DNA of 64,000 nucleotides. Source: a virus. A program made the position numbers and the translations under genes. The stretch lies in IMG/VR virus record IMGVR_UViG_3300023174_000061; one strand, given 5' to 3'. The notes beneath the pieces are model-generated. The model was not told the origin of the DNA. It made no database searches and saw nothing but the letters and a program-made list of their open reading frames with translations. Position 1 is the first letter of the stretch. Each line of letters opens with the position of its first letter. Below, piece by piece: positions 1 through 9,788 of the stretch.

Positions 1-1080
1 GAAAATATAGAAAAGAAAAAAGATAAAATCACTTCTATTACCACTTATATCGACCAATTAACAGCAGAGAACGTGCAGAAGGTAGAGGAAGTATCAAATA
101 ATCTTCAACCCCAATTAGAGAACCTTTTAGACGCATCTAAAAAGTTAAAACAACTTTCAAACTTAAAAGGTAAAATATCTGAAAAAGTATCAAGCATTAC
201 AGAACAACATAAGTTTTTTAATAATAACTCGGTATGCCCTACTTGTACTCAAACCATTGAAGAAGAATTTAGATTAAATAAAGTAAGTGAATCTGAAACC
301 AAAGCAAAGGAACTTCAGCAAGGTTATAATGAATTAAAAGAAGCAATTCAACAAGAGGAAAAAAGAGAACGTGAATTTAATGTCGTTTCAAAAGAGATTA
401 GTTCTTTAAATAATGAAATTTCTAATAACAATGTTAAAATTTCCCAACTTAATAAACAATCAAAAGACCTGGACCAGGAAATTCAAGACATTACCAACAA
501 AATTAAAAACAGAAATACTGAAAGAAAAGTATTAAATGAATTAGAACAAACTTTAGATTTAATTCAAACTGAAAAAGCAAAGAATAAAGAAGATGTTTCT
601 TATTTTGACTTTGCCCATTCCTTAATGAAAGATGGTGGTATTAAAGGTAAAATTATTAAGAAGTATCTTCCTCTTATGAACCAGCAGATTAATAAGTATC
701 TGCAGATGATGGATTTTTATATTAATTTTACTCTTGATGAAGAGTTTAATGAAAAAATCAAATCTCCTATTCACGAAGACTTTACATATGAAAGTTTTAG
801 TGAAGGTGAAAAGATGAGAATTAATCTTGCTATTCTTTTCACTTGGAGAGAAATCGCAAGAATGAAAAATTCAGTCAATACCAATCTCCTTATTTTGGAT
901 GAGGTATTTGATAGTTCTTTGGACTTTATGGGAACGGACTACTTTACAAAAATTATTAAGTATGCGATAAAAGATACTAATATATTTGTGATTTCACATA
1001 AGACAGACGAATTGATTGATAAGTTTGATAGAGTTGTTAAGTTTGATAAGGTTAAAGGATTTAGTAAAATGGTTGACTGA
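1..1080 (+). CDS. gp46: Recombination endonuclease ATPase subunit (Rad50/SbcC-like), 5'-truncated by window
   Basis: Frame open from base 1; CPTC zinc hook, coiled coil, FSEGEK signature, LLILDEVFD Walker B, VISH. Confidence 0.95.
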   Translation, partial: ENIEKKKDKITSITTYIDQLTAENVQKVEEVSNNLQPQLENLLDASKKLKQLSNLKGKISEKVSSITEQHKFFNNNSVCPTCTQTIEEEFRLNKVSESETKAKELQQGYNELKEAIQQEEKREREFNVVSKEISSLNNEISNNNVKISQLNKQSKDLDQEIQDITNKIKNRNTERKVLNELEQTLDLIQTEKAKNKEDVSYFDFAHSLMKDGGIKGKIIKKYLPLMNQQINKYLQMMDFYINFTLDEEFNEKIKSPIHEDFTYESFSEGEKMRINLAILFTWREIARMKNSVNTNLLILDEVFDSSLDFMGTDYFTKIIKYAIKDTNIFVISHKTDELIDKFDRVVKFDKVKGFSKMVD

Positions 1081-1100
1081 CCTTTGGTTTTTTGGTATGA

Positions 1101-1526
1101 TTGGTAAAGATTACTATGACTTTCTTTACTATGTTTGGACCTGAGGACGAAAAAAATTTTAATGAGTTTACAGTAAAACTCGATGAAATAACTGGTTTAA
1201 TTGATGTTACAAAAACTCCTGTGAATATGCCCGAAAATAAAAATGCTAATGGTTTCTGGAAATACAATGAAGATAAAATCCTGAAACAACTAGAACACTA
1301 TATTGCTGGTACTTATAGTCAGCATTATGTAGATAGAACTGGTGGTGGAACAGAACAAACCCTCGATAAGATTAAACACAATCGTCGTGAAGGATTTTGT
1401 GCTGGTAACATTACCAAGTATACTGACCGATATGATACAAAAGGAACTCCTCGTGCTGACTTGTTTAAAGTTCTGCACTATACTATTCTTTTGATTAATC
1501 ATCTCAATCTTGTTGAAAATAAGTGA
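1101..1526 (+). CDS. Conserved cyanophage hypothetical protein (true start may be downstream)
   Basis: ORF between gp46 and gp45; QHY...GFCAGNITKY..RY..KG...DLFKVLHY motif. Confidence 0.7.
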   Translation: MVKITMTFFTMFGPEDEKNFNEFTVKLDEITGLIDVTKTPVNMPENKNANGFWKYNEDKILKQLEHYIAGTYSQHYVDRTGGGTEQTLDKIKHNRREGFCAGNITKYTDRYDTKGTPRADLFKVLHYTILLINHLNLVENK

Positions 1527-2209
1527 AAATTAAACCCCAAACTATGAAACTTTCTGAATCTACTATTACTATTCTAAAAAACTTTTCTTCAATCAATCAG
1601 TCTATTTTGGTTAAGGAAGGTTCTAAACTCCGCACAATTTCTGTGATGAAGAATATTCTTGCTGAAGCAGAAATTAAGGAAGAATTTCCAAAGAACTTTG
1701 CGATTTATGACCTCAACCAATTTCTGAATGGATTAGGACTACATCAAGACCCTGACCTTGATTTTGAAAATGATTCTCACGTTATTATTCGTGAAGGAAA
1801 ACGTCGTGTAAAGTATTTCTTTGCTGACCCAGAAGTTATTGTATCTCCACCAGATAAAGAAATTACACTTCCATCTAGTGATGTTTGTTTTCAACTAGAG
1901 CATTCACAACTCGATAAACTCATCAAAGCAGCAGCAGTTTATCAACTTCCCGACCTTTCTGCTGTTGGTGAAGCAGGTGTAATTCGTTTGGTTGTTCGTG
2001 ATAAGAAGAATGATACTTCTAACGAATACTCTATCGTTGTTGGAGAAACCGATAAGGAATTCACTTTCAACTTTAAGGTAGAAAACATCAAGATCATTCC
2101 TGGTTCTTATGATGTGGTCGTGTCGGAAAAACTTCTGTCTAAATTCACAAATGAACGTTATAACCTTTCTTACTGGATCGCTTTGGAACCTGACTCCAAT
2201 TTTTCTTGA
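1523..2209 (+). CDS. gp45: Sliding clamp
   Basis: MKLSESTITILKNFSSINQSI...YWIALEPDS; T4-like synteny. Confidence 0.95.
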   Translation: MKIKPQTMKLSESTITILKNFSSINQSILVKEGSKLRTISVMKNILAEAEIKEEFPKNFAIYDLNQFLNGLGLHQDPDLDFENDSHVIIREGKRRVKYFFADPEVIVSPPDKEITLPSSDVCFQLEHSQLDKLIKAAAVYQLPDLSAVGEAGVIRLVVRDKKNDTSNEYSIVVGETDKEFTFNFKVENIKIIPGSYDVVVSEKLLSKFTNERYNLSYWIALEPDSNFS

Positions 2210-2257
2210 TTTTTAATTTTATATTATGAATATTTTACATTTGTAAGTATTCTTTTT

Positions 2258-2265
2258 TATAAATA
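2258..2265 (+). promoter_or_regulatory. T4-type late promoter TATAAATA for the HNH gene
   Basis: Exact TATAAATA 24 nt before ATG 2290. Confidence 0.75.
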
Positions 2266-2289
2266 GTTATGTAGTTGGAAGACAATCAA

Positions 2290-2871
2290 ATGTATTGCTT
2301 GGAATGTAATTCTCCTCTTGGAAAAAGACAAAAAAAATTCTGTTCTTGTAAATGTATGAATGTGTATAATGCAAGAGAATTTGGTATGAAGCACCGAGAA
2401 GAAAATCCAAATAGATACAAAATTTGTGAAGAATGCAATCAATCATTAAATCTCAATAAGTTTAGTTTAATTGAAAAATGGAATCCAAATTCTGACACTA
2501 AAAATACTTGTAAAAAATGTTCCGCAAAATTAAATGAAAAAAATAGAAGAGATAGAGATTGGAAAGTTGATGCTGCCAGACTTCTTTATAGTAATATAAA
2601 ATCAAGATGTAAAAGATTAGGAAGAGAATTCTCTATTGAGATGGAAGATATTATCATTCCAGAAAAATGCCCTGTATTTGGATTTGAATTAAAAAGAGAA
2701 GATAGGCAAACTTGGATGTGTGCTCCAAGTGTTGATAGAATAGACAGTTCCAAAGGGTACATAAAGGGAAATGTTACAGTTGTCAGCAGAAGAGCAAACA
2801 TCATCAAAAGAGATGCTACATTAGAAGAGTTAGAACAATTATTTAATTATTACAAAACTTTGAGGAACTAA
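2290..2871 (+). mobile_element. Free-standing HNH-type homing endonuclease with N-terminal Cys motifs
   Basis: CxxC motifs; CPVFG...PSVDRIDSSKGYIKGNVTVVSRRANIIK nuclease motif; own late promoter. Confidence 0.8.
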
Positions 2872-2873
2872 CT

Positions 2874-3413
2874 TTGAATATATTCGTTAATGATTTGTGC
2901 CCCGTTCTTTCTGCGGTGGCACTTCCTGACAAATTAGTAACAAAAATGCCTGTTGAGACCTGTCAGATGATTTCCGTCATCTACTCTAAATGGTATTATA
3001 ACTGGGGAACTATTCCCAAAAAGGATGGAACCCCTTATAGTACTGAGAAGGGAGCATTCCGAAATCATCCTTGTACTGTGTGGGCAGCAGAGAACTATGA
3101 AAACCTTGCCTGGTTAATTCGGCACGGTTATGCTCTTTGTAATGAGTATCGGCATCGTTATGGTAAAGTTCATTCTTGCTTTGATAGTCTTTTAGCAGCA
3201 GAAGTTATCTTTCTGGATAACTCGCAAGAAAGTCTTGAGATTTATAAGAATGTAAAATCTTTTACTCGTGCTATGCCTGATGAGTTCAAACTTGATGAAA
3301 GTATTGATACTCCAACAGCATATCAAAAGTATGTTGCGTCTAAACCTTGGGTAAAGGACAATTACCTAAAAATTCCTGATAGAATGCCAAATTGGATTTA
3401 TAATTATGCGTGA
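2874..3413 (+). CDS. Pyrimidine-dimer DNA glycosylase-like protein (DenV-related), TTG start
   Basis: NIF...KMPVETCQM...NHPCTVWA...EYRHRYGKVH. Confidence 0.75.
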   Translation: MNIFVNDLCPVLSAVALPDKLVTKMPVETCQMISVIYSKWYYNWGTIPKKDGTPYSTEKGAFRNHPCTVWAAENYENLAWLIRHGYALCNEYRHRYGKVHSCFDSLLAAEVIFLDNSQESLEIYKNVKSFTRAMPDEFKLDESIDTPTAYQKYVASKPWVKDNYLKIPDRMPNWIYNYA

Positions 3414-4350
3414 AGATTTTTTGTGGGTGGAAAAATACCGTCCAAAAACTATTGAAGATTGTATTCTTCCTGATAACATCAAGAAGACTTTTAATGACTT
3501 TCTAAATAAAGGTGAAATTCCAAATTTGCTTCTTGCTGGTCCTCCTGGTGTTGGTAAGACTACAGTAGCAAAAGCACTATGTAATGAATTAGGAGTAGAT
3601 TTTTATGTCATTAACGGATCCGACGAAGGACGTTTCCTGGATACTGTACGAAACCAAGCAAAGAACTTTGCTTCGACCGTCTCACTTCAAGGAACTGGTA
3701 AACACAAAGTCATCATCATTGATGAAGCTGATAACACAGGCAACGACGTACAACTCTTACTACGGGCGAATATTGAGGCATTTTATAACAACTGCCGATT
3801 TATCTTCACCTGTAATTACAAAAACAAAATCATTGAACCCCTCCACTCCCGATGCGCTGTTGTTGAGTTCAGCATTAGAGGAAAAGAAAAAGCTCAGTTG
3901 GCGGGATCCTTCTTTAAGCGTTTACAAGATATATTGGATGCAGAAGGCGTCCGATATGATCCGAAAGTACTTGCCCAACTGATAAATTCTCATTTTCCTG
4001 ATTGGAGGAGAGTTCTTAATGAGTGCCAAAGGTACTCTGTTGCGGGAGAAATAGATAGTGGAGTTCTTGCATCTTTTTCTGATGTTGCTGTAAATGACCT
4101 TATTACTCATCTCAAAAGTAAAAACTTTTCTGAAGTCCGAAAGTGGGTGGTCGCCAACTTGGACAACGATCCTGCTGTCGTTCTTCGTAGGGTGTATGAC
4201 GCCTGCTATGATTGTCTTTCACCCCAAACTATCCCTGCTGCCGTTCTTATTGTTGCTAAGTACCAATACCAAATTGCGTTCGTGGCTGACCAGGAAATTA
4301 ACCTATTAGCAGCACTTACAGAAATTATGTGTGAGTGTAATTTCAAATGA
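3406..4350 (+). CDS. gp44: Clamp loader large subunit
   Basis: LWVEKYRP, GPPGVGKT, IIIDEAD, SRC motifs. Confidence 0.97.
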   Translation: MREDFLWVEKYRPKTIEDCILPDNIKKTFNDFLNKGEIPNLLLAGPPGVGKTTVAKALCNELGVDFYVINGSDEGRFLDTVRNQAKNFASTVSLQGTGKHKVIIIDEADNTGNDVQLLLRANIEAFYNNCRFIFTCNYKNKIIEPLHSRCAVVEFSIRGKEKAQLAGSFFKRLQDILDAEGVRYDPKVLAQLINSHFPDWRRVLNECQRYSVAGEIDSGVLASFSDVAVNDLITHLKSKNFSEVRKWVVANLDNDPAVVLRRVYDACYDCLSPQTIPAAVLIVAKYQYQIAFVADQEINLLAALTEIMCECNFK

Positions 4351-5012
4351 AAAGAAATCAAAAAGTAGTTGTATTTAAATATGTTGAAAATAATTTTTTA
4401 TACGGTAATTTGATTTTAGTTTGTAGTGCTTTTGGTGGTGAACATTGGTATCTTAAGGTAAGAAAAATTAAAGAAAATACACTTACATCTAAGATTGATA
4501 TCAATAAATCTTTAAAGTTGACAGCACAAGAAGTTGATATTAATAGTCCAAGATTAAAAAATGCTGCTTTAGAAGTTCTAGCAGAAATTAAATCACAGCA
4601 TTATAAGCAGTGTGATGAAATATTTTATGATGAAGATATGAGATTTCTCAATAGGCAAATGTCGTTGGGGAGGATATCTGAAGATAAATTTAAAAATCTA
4701 ATGATGCATAATGGATACGAAGTTTTAAAACCAGTTGAAGATATTTGGGGATATGATTTTATAGTCAAAAGGGGAACTGTTTATGAAACAGTTCAGTGCA
4801 AATGTACTGCTAGACTTCAAAAACATTTTTCTATACAAAATAAAAAAGGAATACCATATAAGAATATGGTATCTCATATGGCATTTGTTCATTTACCTTC
4901 TTCTGAGGTTTATTATGTTCCTACAAAAATTCTTCCCGATACTACTAAGGTGAGATTGGATCATAGTTATTTGAAATATAAAGTTGGACTTTCTATTGGT
5001 GATGAACAATGA
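4347..5012 (+). mobile_element. Putative PD-(D/E)XK free-standing endonuclease
   Basis: GRISE...GYEVLKP....YDFIV......VQCK pattern as in group I intron PD-(D/E)XK nucleases; lies between gp44 and gp62. Confidence 0.65.
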
Positions 5013-5167
5013 GACCTGAAACAAGAGAGGCAATGGAAATGCTTTTTACTGCTAAGTGGAATCTCCCAAAGGCAGCACAGTATTGTAATCTTACTCATAA
5101 GGAATGTAAGATCGTTTTTAATGAGTATTGTAATTTTCATCCAGCAACTTATACGAATGAAAATTGA
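5009..5167 (+). CDS. Small hypothetical protein (52 aa, MRPETREAMEMLF...)
   Basis: ATGA overlap with upstream stop; overlaps gp62 start; below ORF-track cutoff. Confidence 0.65.
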   Translation: MRPETREAMEMLFTAKWNLPKAAQYCNLTHKECKIVFNEYCNFHPATYTNEN

Positions 5168-5543
5168 ATTGAAGGATTGGTTGAACTCAATCAATCAAAA
5201 TAAAAAGAATATTATGGACGAAGACCCTTCCTCCATAAAGGAGTATGCTCCTTATATTATTAATAGATGTTTATCGGGACATATTGATTGTTTAATGTAT
5301 GCAAATGAGATGAATAAGTTCTCCTCATTGGATAAAAAACTTCAATATGATTTTTTTATAAATATAATCAGGAAAAAGAAGAGATTCTCTCCTTGGTTAA
5401 AACAAGAAAAAATTAAAGACCTTGAAATTGTTAAATCTTACTATGGTTATAGTAATGAGAAGGCAAAGCAAGCTTTGAGAATTCTAACAAAAACACAACT
5501 AGATTTTATAAAATCAAAACTTGAAACTGGAGGAACAAAATGA
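5157..5543 (+). CDS. gp62: Clamp loader small subunit
   Basis: ELKDWLNSIN...YIINRCLS...YYGYSNEKAKQAL; precedes regA. Confidence 0.92.
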   Translation: MKIELKDWLNSINQNKKNIMDEDPSSIKEYAPYIINRCLSGHIDCLMYANEMNKFSSLDKKLQYDFFINIIRKKKRFSPWLKQEKIKDLEIVKSYYGYSNEKAKQALRILTKTQLDFIKSKLETGGTK

Positions 5544-5983
5544 GTGTTGTAAATGAACCTATTGTGATTTGGTCGCAAGACCAAATGGTTGAAGTGATTT
5601 TGAATGAACCTGATGATTTTTTGAAGGTTCGTGAAACACTCACTCGTATTGGTGTCGCATCACGTAAAGAAAAAAAGATTTATCAATCTTGCCATATTCT
5701 TCATAAGCAAGGTCGATACTATCTCGTACATTTTAAAGAACTGTTTGCACTCGACGGCAAACACGCAAATCTTACTGTAAATGACGTACAACGTCGTAAT
5801 CGCATTATTCAACTTCTTGCTGATTGGGGATTGATTACAATCGTCAAACCAGAAGGTATTACTGATATTGCTCCATTAAATCAAATCAAAGTTCTTGCTT
5901 ACAAGGACAAAGCAGATTGGATTCTGGAGACCAAATACAATATTGGTGCTAAAAAGAAAAGGGTAGAAGAGGAAACCGAATAA
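5540..5983 (+). CDS. regA: Translational repressor RegA
   Basis: PDDFLKVRETLTRIG...QSCHILHKQGRYYLVHFKELF. Confidence 0.97.
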   Translation: MSVVNEPIVIWSQDQMVEVILNEPDDFLKVRETLTRIGVASRKEKKIYQSCHILHKQGRYYLVHFKELFALDGKHANLTVNDVQRRNRIIQLLADWGLITIVKPEGITDIAPLNQIKVLAYKDKADWILETKYNIGAKKKRVEEETE

Positions 5984-5985
5984 GA

Positions 5986-6015
5986 AAATGGGGAGAACAA
6001 CACTCCCCATTTTTT
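5986..6015 (+). terminator. Intrinsic terminator after regA
   Basis: AAAATGGGGAG-7nt-CTCCCCATTTTTT. Confidence 0.8.
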
Positions 6016-6089
6016 ATGTTCTTTGATATATACTAATGATGTTGCCTTCGGGGACATTATAAACTTACAGACGCTCAAGGAGGTCTATT

Positions 6090-6533
6090 ATGTTCGGAAC
6101 AAGTTCGCTTACACTCTCAGTACCAGAAACTGCAAAGTATCTGATGGAGATTCAAAGAAATAGTATTGGATTGGATGAGTGGTTTAAAAGGTTTGATACT
6201 GCGTATGAATCGCATACCAACTATCCACCATACAATCTAGTAAAAGAAAGTGGTGTTGATTTCAGATTAGAAATTGCACTTGCTGGATACAAAAAGGAGG
6301 ATATTAGAGTATCTACAGAATGGAATAAACTCTCCGTAGAATCGGGGAAAGTTCGTAATTCTGAGGACGAATATATTCATCAAGGATTAGCAAAGAGAGC
6401 ATTTATTCGCACCTGGACTCTTTCTGATGATGTGGAAGTTAAAGATGTTTCTTTTGAGGATGGATTACTTACTATTAAACTGAATAGAGTCATTCCAGAG
6501 CATCAGAAAAGGAAAGTGTATGAACTTAAATAA
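6090..6533 (+). CDS. hsp20: Small heat shock protein
   Basis: NYPPYNL...LEIALAGY...F.RTWTL...DGLL alpha-crystallin domain. Confidence 0.95.
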   Translation: MFGTSSLTLSVPETAKYLMEIQRNSIGLDEWFKRFDTAYESHTNYPPYNLVKESGVDFRLEIALAGYKKEDIRVSTEWNKLSVESGKVRNSEDEYIHQGLAKRAFIRTWTLSDDVEVKDVSFEDGLLTIKLNRVIPEHQKRKVYELK

Positions 6534-6591
6534 ATAGTAGTGGGCTACTCACAACTATTGTTGCCGCAGGGGAGCAACTGGCAAAATCCAG

Positions 6592-6620
6592 TTGACGCTC
6601 CCCTATTTTTTTGCTATAAT
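6592..6620 (+). promoter_or_regulatory. Sigma70-type early promoter overlapping a terminator hairpin
   Basis: TTGACG-17nt-TATAAT. Confidence 0.75.
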
Positions 6621-6641
6621 TAAAACAGGTATGTGAATAAA

Positions 6642-7067
6642 ATGACTGTAAAACTCGCAATATTAAAATCTGGTGAAGATGTAATCGCAGACATTAGGGA
6701 AGCAATTTCAGAAGAAACAAATAAAATTGTTTCTTATATTTTTTCTGACCCTTATGTTGTTAAACTAACTCAACCACAAGTTTTGATGGAAGATTTGGAG
6801 CAACCAGAAAACAGAGCATATAATATTTCAGTCTATCCTTGGATGCCTTTATCTGATGATACTGATATTGCGATTAACCCAGATTGGGTGGTTACAATTG
6901 TAGAACCAGCAGCAACTTTAAAAAAATCTTATGAGGATAGAATGAATGGAAGAGGAAATCGCAATGTCGATGGATCAAATGATGGGAGAACCATCGGAAG
7001 AACAGGTGATGTCGGATCCGACAATTCAAGTTCTAGTCTTAATGAATCAGTTGAATTTAATCACTGA
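6642..7067 (+). CDS. Conserved cyanophage hypothetical protein
   Basis: MTVKLAILKSGEDVIADI...PWMPLS...DWVVTIVEP; usual position between hsp20 and gp43. Confidence 0.75.
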   Translation: MTVKLAILKSGEDVIADIREAISEETNKIVSYIFSDPYVVKLTQPQVLMEDLEQPENRAYNISVYPWMPLSDDTDIAINPDWVVTIVEPAATLKKSYEDRMNGRGNRNVDGSNDGRTIGRTGDVGSDNSSSSLNESVEFNH

Positions 7068-7269
7068 GATTCGAGAAGTATTAGTTGATTTTGGAGAACC
7101 AAATTGTAAATTAACAAAACCATATTTGATTTCTGATGATGGAACCCTTTCTCCTTGGTTAAAGAGAATTACAAATGATGAAGAAATTATGATGAGTTCA
7201 GATAAGATTTTAACTCTTGTCGAACCAACTGGAAAATTACTTGATGAATACACTGAACTTACAAAATGA
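6946..7269 (+). CDS. Conserved cyanophage hypothetical protein (start uncertain)
   Basis: GEPNCKL..PY...LSPWL...SDKILTLVEP; stop overlaps gp43 start. Confidence 0.7.
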   Translation: MEEEIAMSMDQMMGEPSEEQVMSDPTIQVLVLMNQLNLITEIREVLVDFGEPNCKLTKPYLISDDGTLSPWLKRITNDEEIMMSSDKILTLVEPTGKLLDEYTELTK

Positions 7270-9761
7270 GATTTTATACCAACGTCTATGAAAAATTTAA
7301 TAAAATGTTGGTTCGTGGTTATGAAGACGGTAGGTATTTTCAGTCAGAGGAAGAGTTTCAACCAACTCTTTATGTGACTTCAAAAAAACAAAGTAAGTAT
7401 AAAACTCTTGATGGATTAAGTGTTGAACCAATTCAACCTGGAAAGATTTCTGATTGTAAGGAGTTTTTAAAGAAATATGAAAATGTAGAAGGATTTACTG
7501 TTTATGGTAATGATAATTATAAAGCACAATATATTTCCCAAACATATCCAGAAGACGAAATTAAGTTTGATATTAAGAAAATTCGTCTTGTAACAATTGA
7601 TATTGAGGTTGCATCAGAAAATGGATTTCCAAATGTATTTGATTGTGCCGAAGAACTTCTAGCAATCACATTACAAAATTATGCAACAAAGCATATTATT
7701 TGTTTTGCATCTCGTCCTTATATCAATACTCGTAAGGATGTTGTGTATGTTGAATGTAGGGATGAAATTGATTTGATTAAACACTTTCTCGCATTTTGGG
7801 AAAGGGAAACTCCTGATGTGATTACAGGTTGGAACTGTGAGTTGTATGATATTCCTTACATTGCTGGAAGAATTGATAGAATTCTCGGTGAAAAGGAAGC
7901 ACGTCGTCTTTCTCCTTGGGGAAATATTCGCAGAAAAGAACTTGTAATTAAAGGAAGAGAACAAATCTCTTATGAAGTTGCTGGGGTTTCTGTGATTGAT
8001 TATCTTGACCTTTATAAGAAATTTACTTACAAGGCACAGGAATCTTATCGTCTGGACCATATTGCGAATGTGGAATTGGGTCAAAAGAAATTGGACCACT
8101 CTGAGTTTGAGACTTTTAAAGATTTTTATACAAAAGATTGGCAGAAGTTTATTGATTATAATATTCGAGACGTAGAACTTGTAGACCAATTGGAAGACAA
8201 GATGAAACTCATCGAATTATGTTTTACAATGGCTTATGATGCAAAAATAAATTTTAATGATGTATTCTTTCAGGTAAGAACTTGGGATGCAATCATTTAT
8301 AATTACTTAAAGAAAAGGAATATTGTTATTCCCCCTAAAGATCGTTCAGAGAAGAGTGATAAATTTGCTGGTGCTTATGTAAAAGAACCAAAACCTGGAA
8401 AGTATGATTATGTAGTAAGTTTCGATTTGAACTCACTTTATCCGCATTTAATTATGCAATATAATATCTCACCAGAAACTTTGATTGATACAAGACATCC
8501 AAGTGCAACAGTAGATAAAATTCTCAATAAAGAATTGGATCTTTCTGATTATAAAGACTATGCAGTATGTCCGAATGGTGCGATGTATCGTAAAGACGTT
8601 CGTGGTTTTCTTCCAGAACTAATGGAGAAAATGTACAATGACCGTGTAATCTTCAAGAAAAAGATGTTGGAGGCAAAACAGCAATACGAAAAGACCAAGA
8701 CGAAAGAATTGGAAAGAGAAATTTCTAGATGCAACAATATCCAAATGGCAAAAAAGATTTCTCTGAATAGTGCTTATGGTGCTATCGGCAATCAGTATTT
8801 CAGGTATTATAAACTAGCAAATGCTGAAGCAATCACAATGTCTGGACAAGTTTCCATTCGTTGGATTGAATGTAAAATGAATTCATACCTAAACAAAATT
8901 CTTAAAACAAATGATGTTGATTATGTTATTGCTTCAGATACTGATTCCATTTATCTTAATATGGGTCCTTTTGTCGAAACTGTATACAAGGGAAGAGAAA
9001 AAACTACTGAGGAAATTGTTGGGTTCCTTGATAAGGTCTGTGCGATGGAATTTGAAAAATATATTGAGAGTTCTTACCAAGAACTGGCGGACTATGTAAA
9101 TGCATACGACCAGAAGATGCAGATGAAACGGGAGAATATTGCTGATCGTGGAATCTGGACTGCTAAGAAACGTTATATCTTGAATGTTTGGGATAGTGAA
9201 GGTGTTAGGTATGATGAACCTAAATTAAAAATTATGGGATTAGAAGCAGTTAAATCTTCTACTCCTGCTCCTTGTCGTCAAAAGATTAAGGATGCTCTTA
9301 AAATTGTGATGACTAAAACAGAAGATGAAATGATTTCTTTTATAGATAATTTCCGTAAAGCATTCAATCAACTTCCCCCAGAAGAAATTTCATTTCCACG
9401 TTCAATTAATGATGTGGACAAGCATAAATCGTCATCAACTCTGTATAGTAAAGGAACTCCCATTCACGCAAGAGGAGCAATTCTTTATAATCATCTAATT
9501 AAAGAAAAAAAATTAGATAAGAAGTATGCAAAAATTCAAAATGGTGAGAAGATTAAATTTTGTTATTTAAAACTTCCAAATCCAATTCGTGAAAATGTTA
9601 TTTCTTATATTCAAGAATTTCCAAAAGAATTTGGACTAGACAAATACATTGATTATGACCTACAATTCAGTAAAGCATTTTTAGAACCAATGAAAGTAAT
9701 TTTGGATGCAATTAACTGGAAAGTAGAAAAAACAGTAAACCTTGAATCATTTTTTAGCTAA
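7266..9761 (+). CDS. gp43: Family B DNA polymerase
   Basis: DIE exonuclease motif, SFDLNSLYP, K...NSAYG, SDTDS, KKRY; 831 aa, no intein. Confidence 0.98.
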   Translation: MRFYTNVYEKFNKMLVRGYEDGRYFQSEEEFQPTLYVTSKKQSKYKTLDGLSVEPIQPGKISDCKEFLKKYENVEGFTVYGNDNYKAQYISQTYPEDEIKFDIKKIRLVTIDIEVASENGFPNVFDCAEELLAITLQNYATKHIICFASRPYINTRKDVVYVECRDEIDLIKHFLAFWERETPDVITGWNCELYDIPYIAGRIDRILGEKEARRLSPWGNIRRKELVIKGREQISYEVAGVSVIDYLDLYKKFTYKAQESYRLDHIANVELGQKKLDHSEFETFKDFYTKDWQKFIDYNIRDVELVDQLEDKMKLIELCFTMAYDAKINFNDVFFQVRTWDAIIYNYLKKRNIVIPPKDRSEKSDKFAGAYVKEPKPGKYDYVVSFDLNSLYPHLIMQYNISPETLIDTRHPSATVDKILNKELDLSDYKDYAVCPNGAMYRKDVRGFLPELMEKMYNDRVIFKKKMLEAKQQYEKTKTKELEREISRCNNIQMAKKISLNSAYGAIGNQYFRYYKLANAEAITMSGQVSIRWIECKMNSYLNKILKTNDVDYVIASDTDSIYLNMGPFVETVYKGREKTTEEIVGFLDKVCAMEFEKYIESSYQELADYVNAYDQKMQMKRENIADRGIWTAKKRYILNVWDSEGVRYDEPKLKIMGLEAVKSSTPAPCRQKIKDALKIVMTKTEDEMISFIDNFRKAFNQLPPEEISFPRSINDVDKHKSSSTLYSKGTPIHARGAILYNHLIKEKKLDKKYAKIQNGEKIKFCYLKLPNPIRENVISYIQEFPKEFGLDKYIDYDLQFSKAFLEPMKVILDAINWKVEKTVNLESFFS

Positions 9762-9788
9762 TGGGTTTGCATATTAACAAAAACAGTA

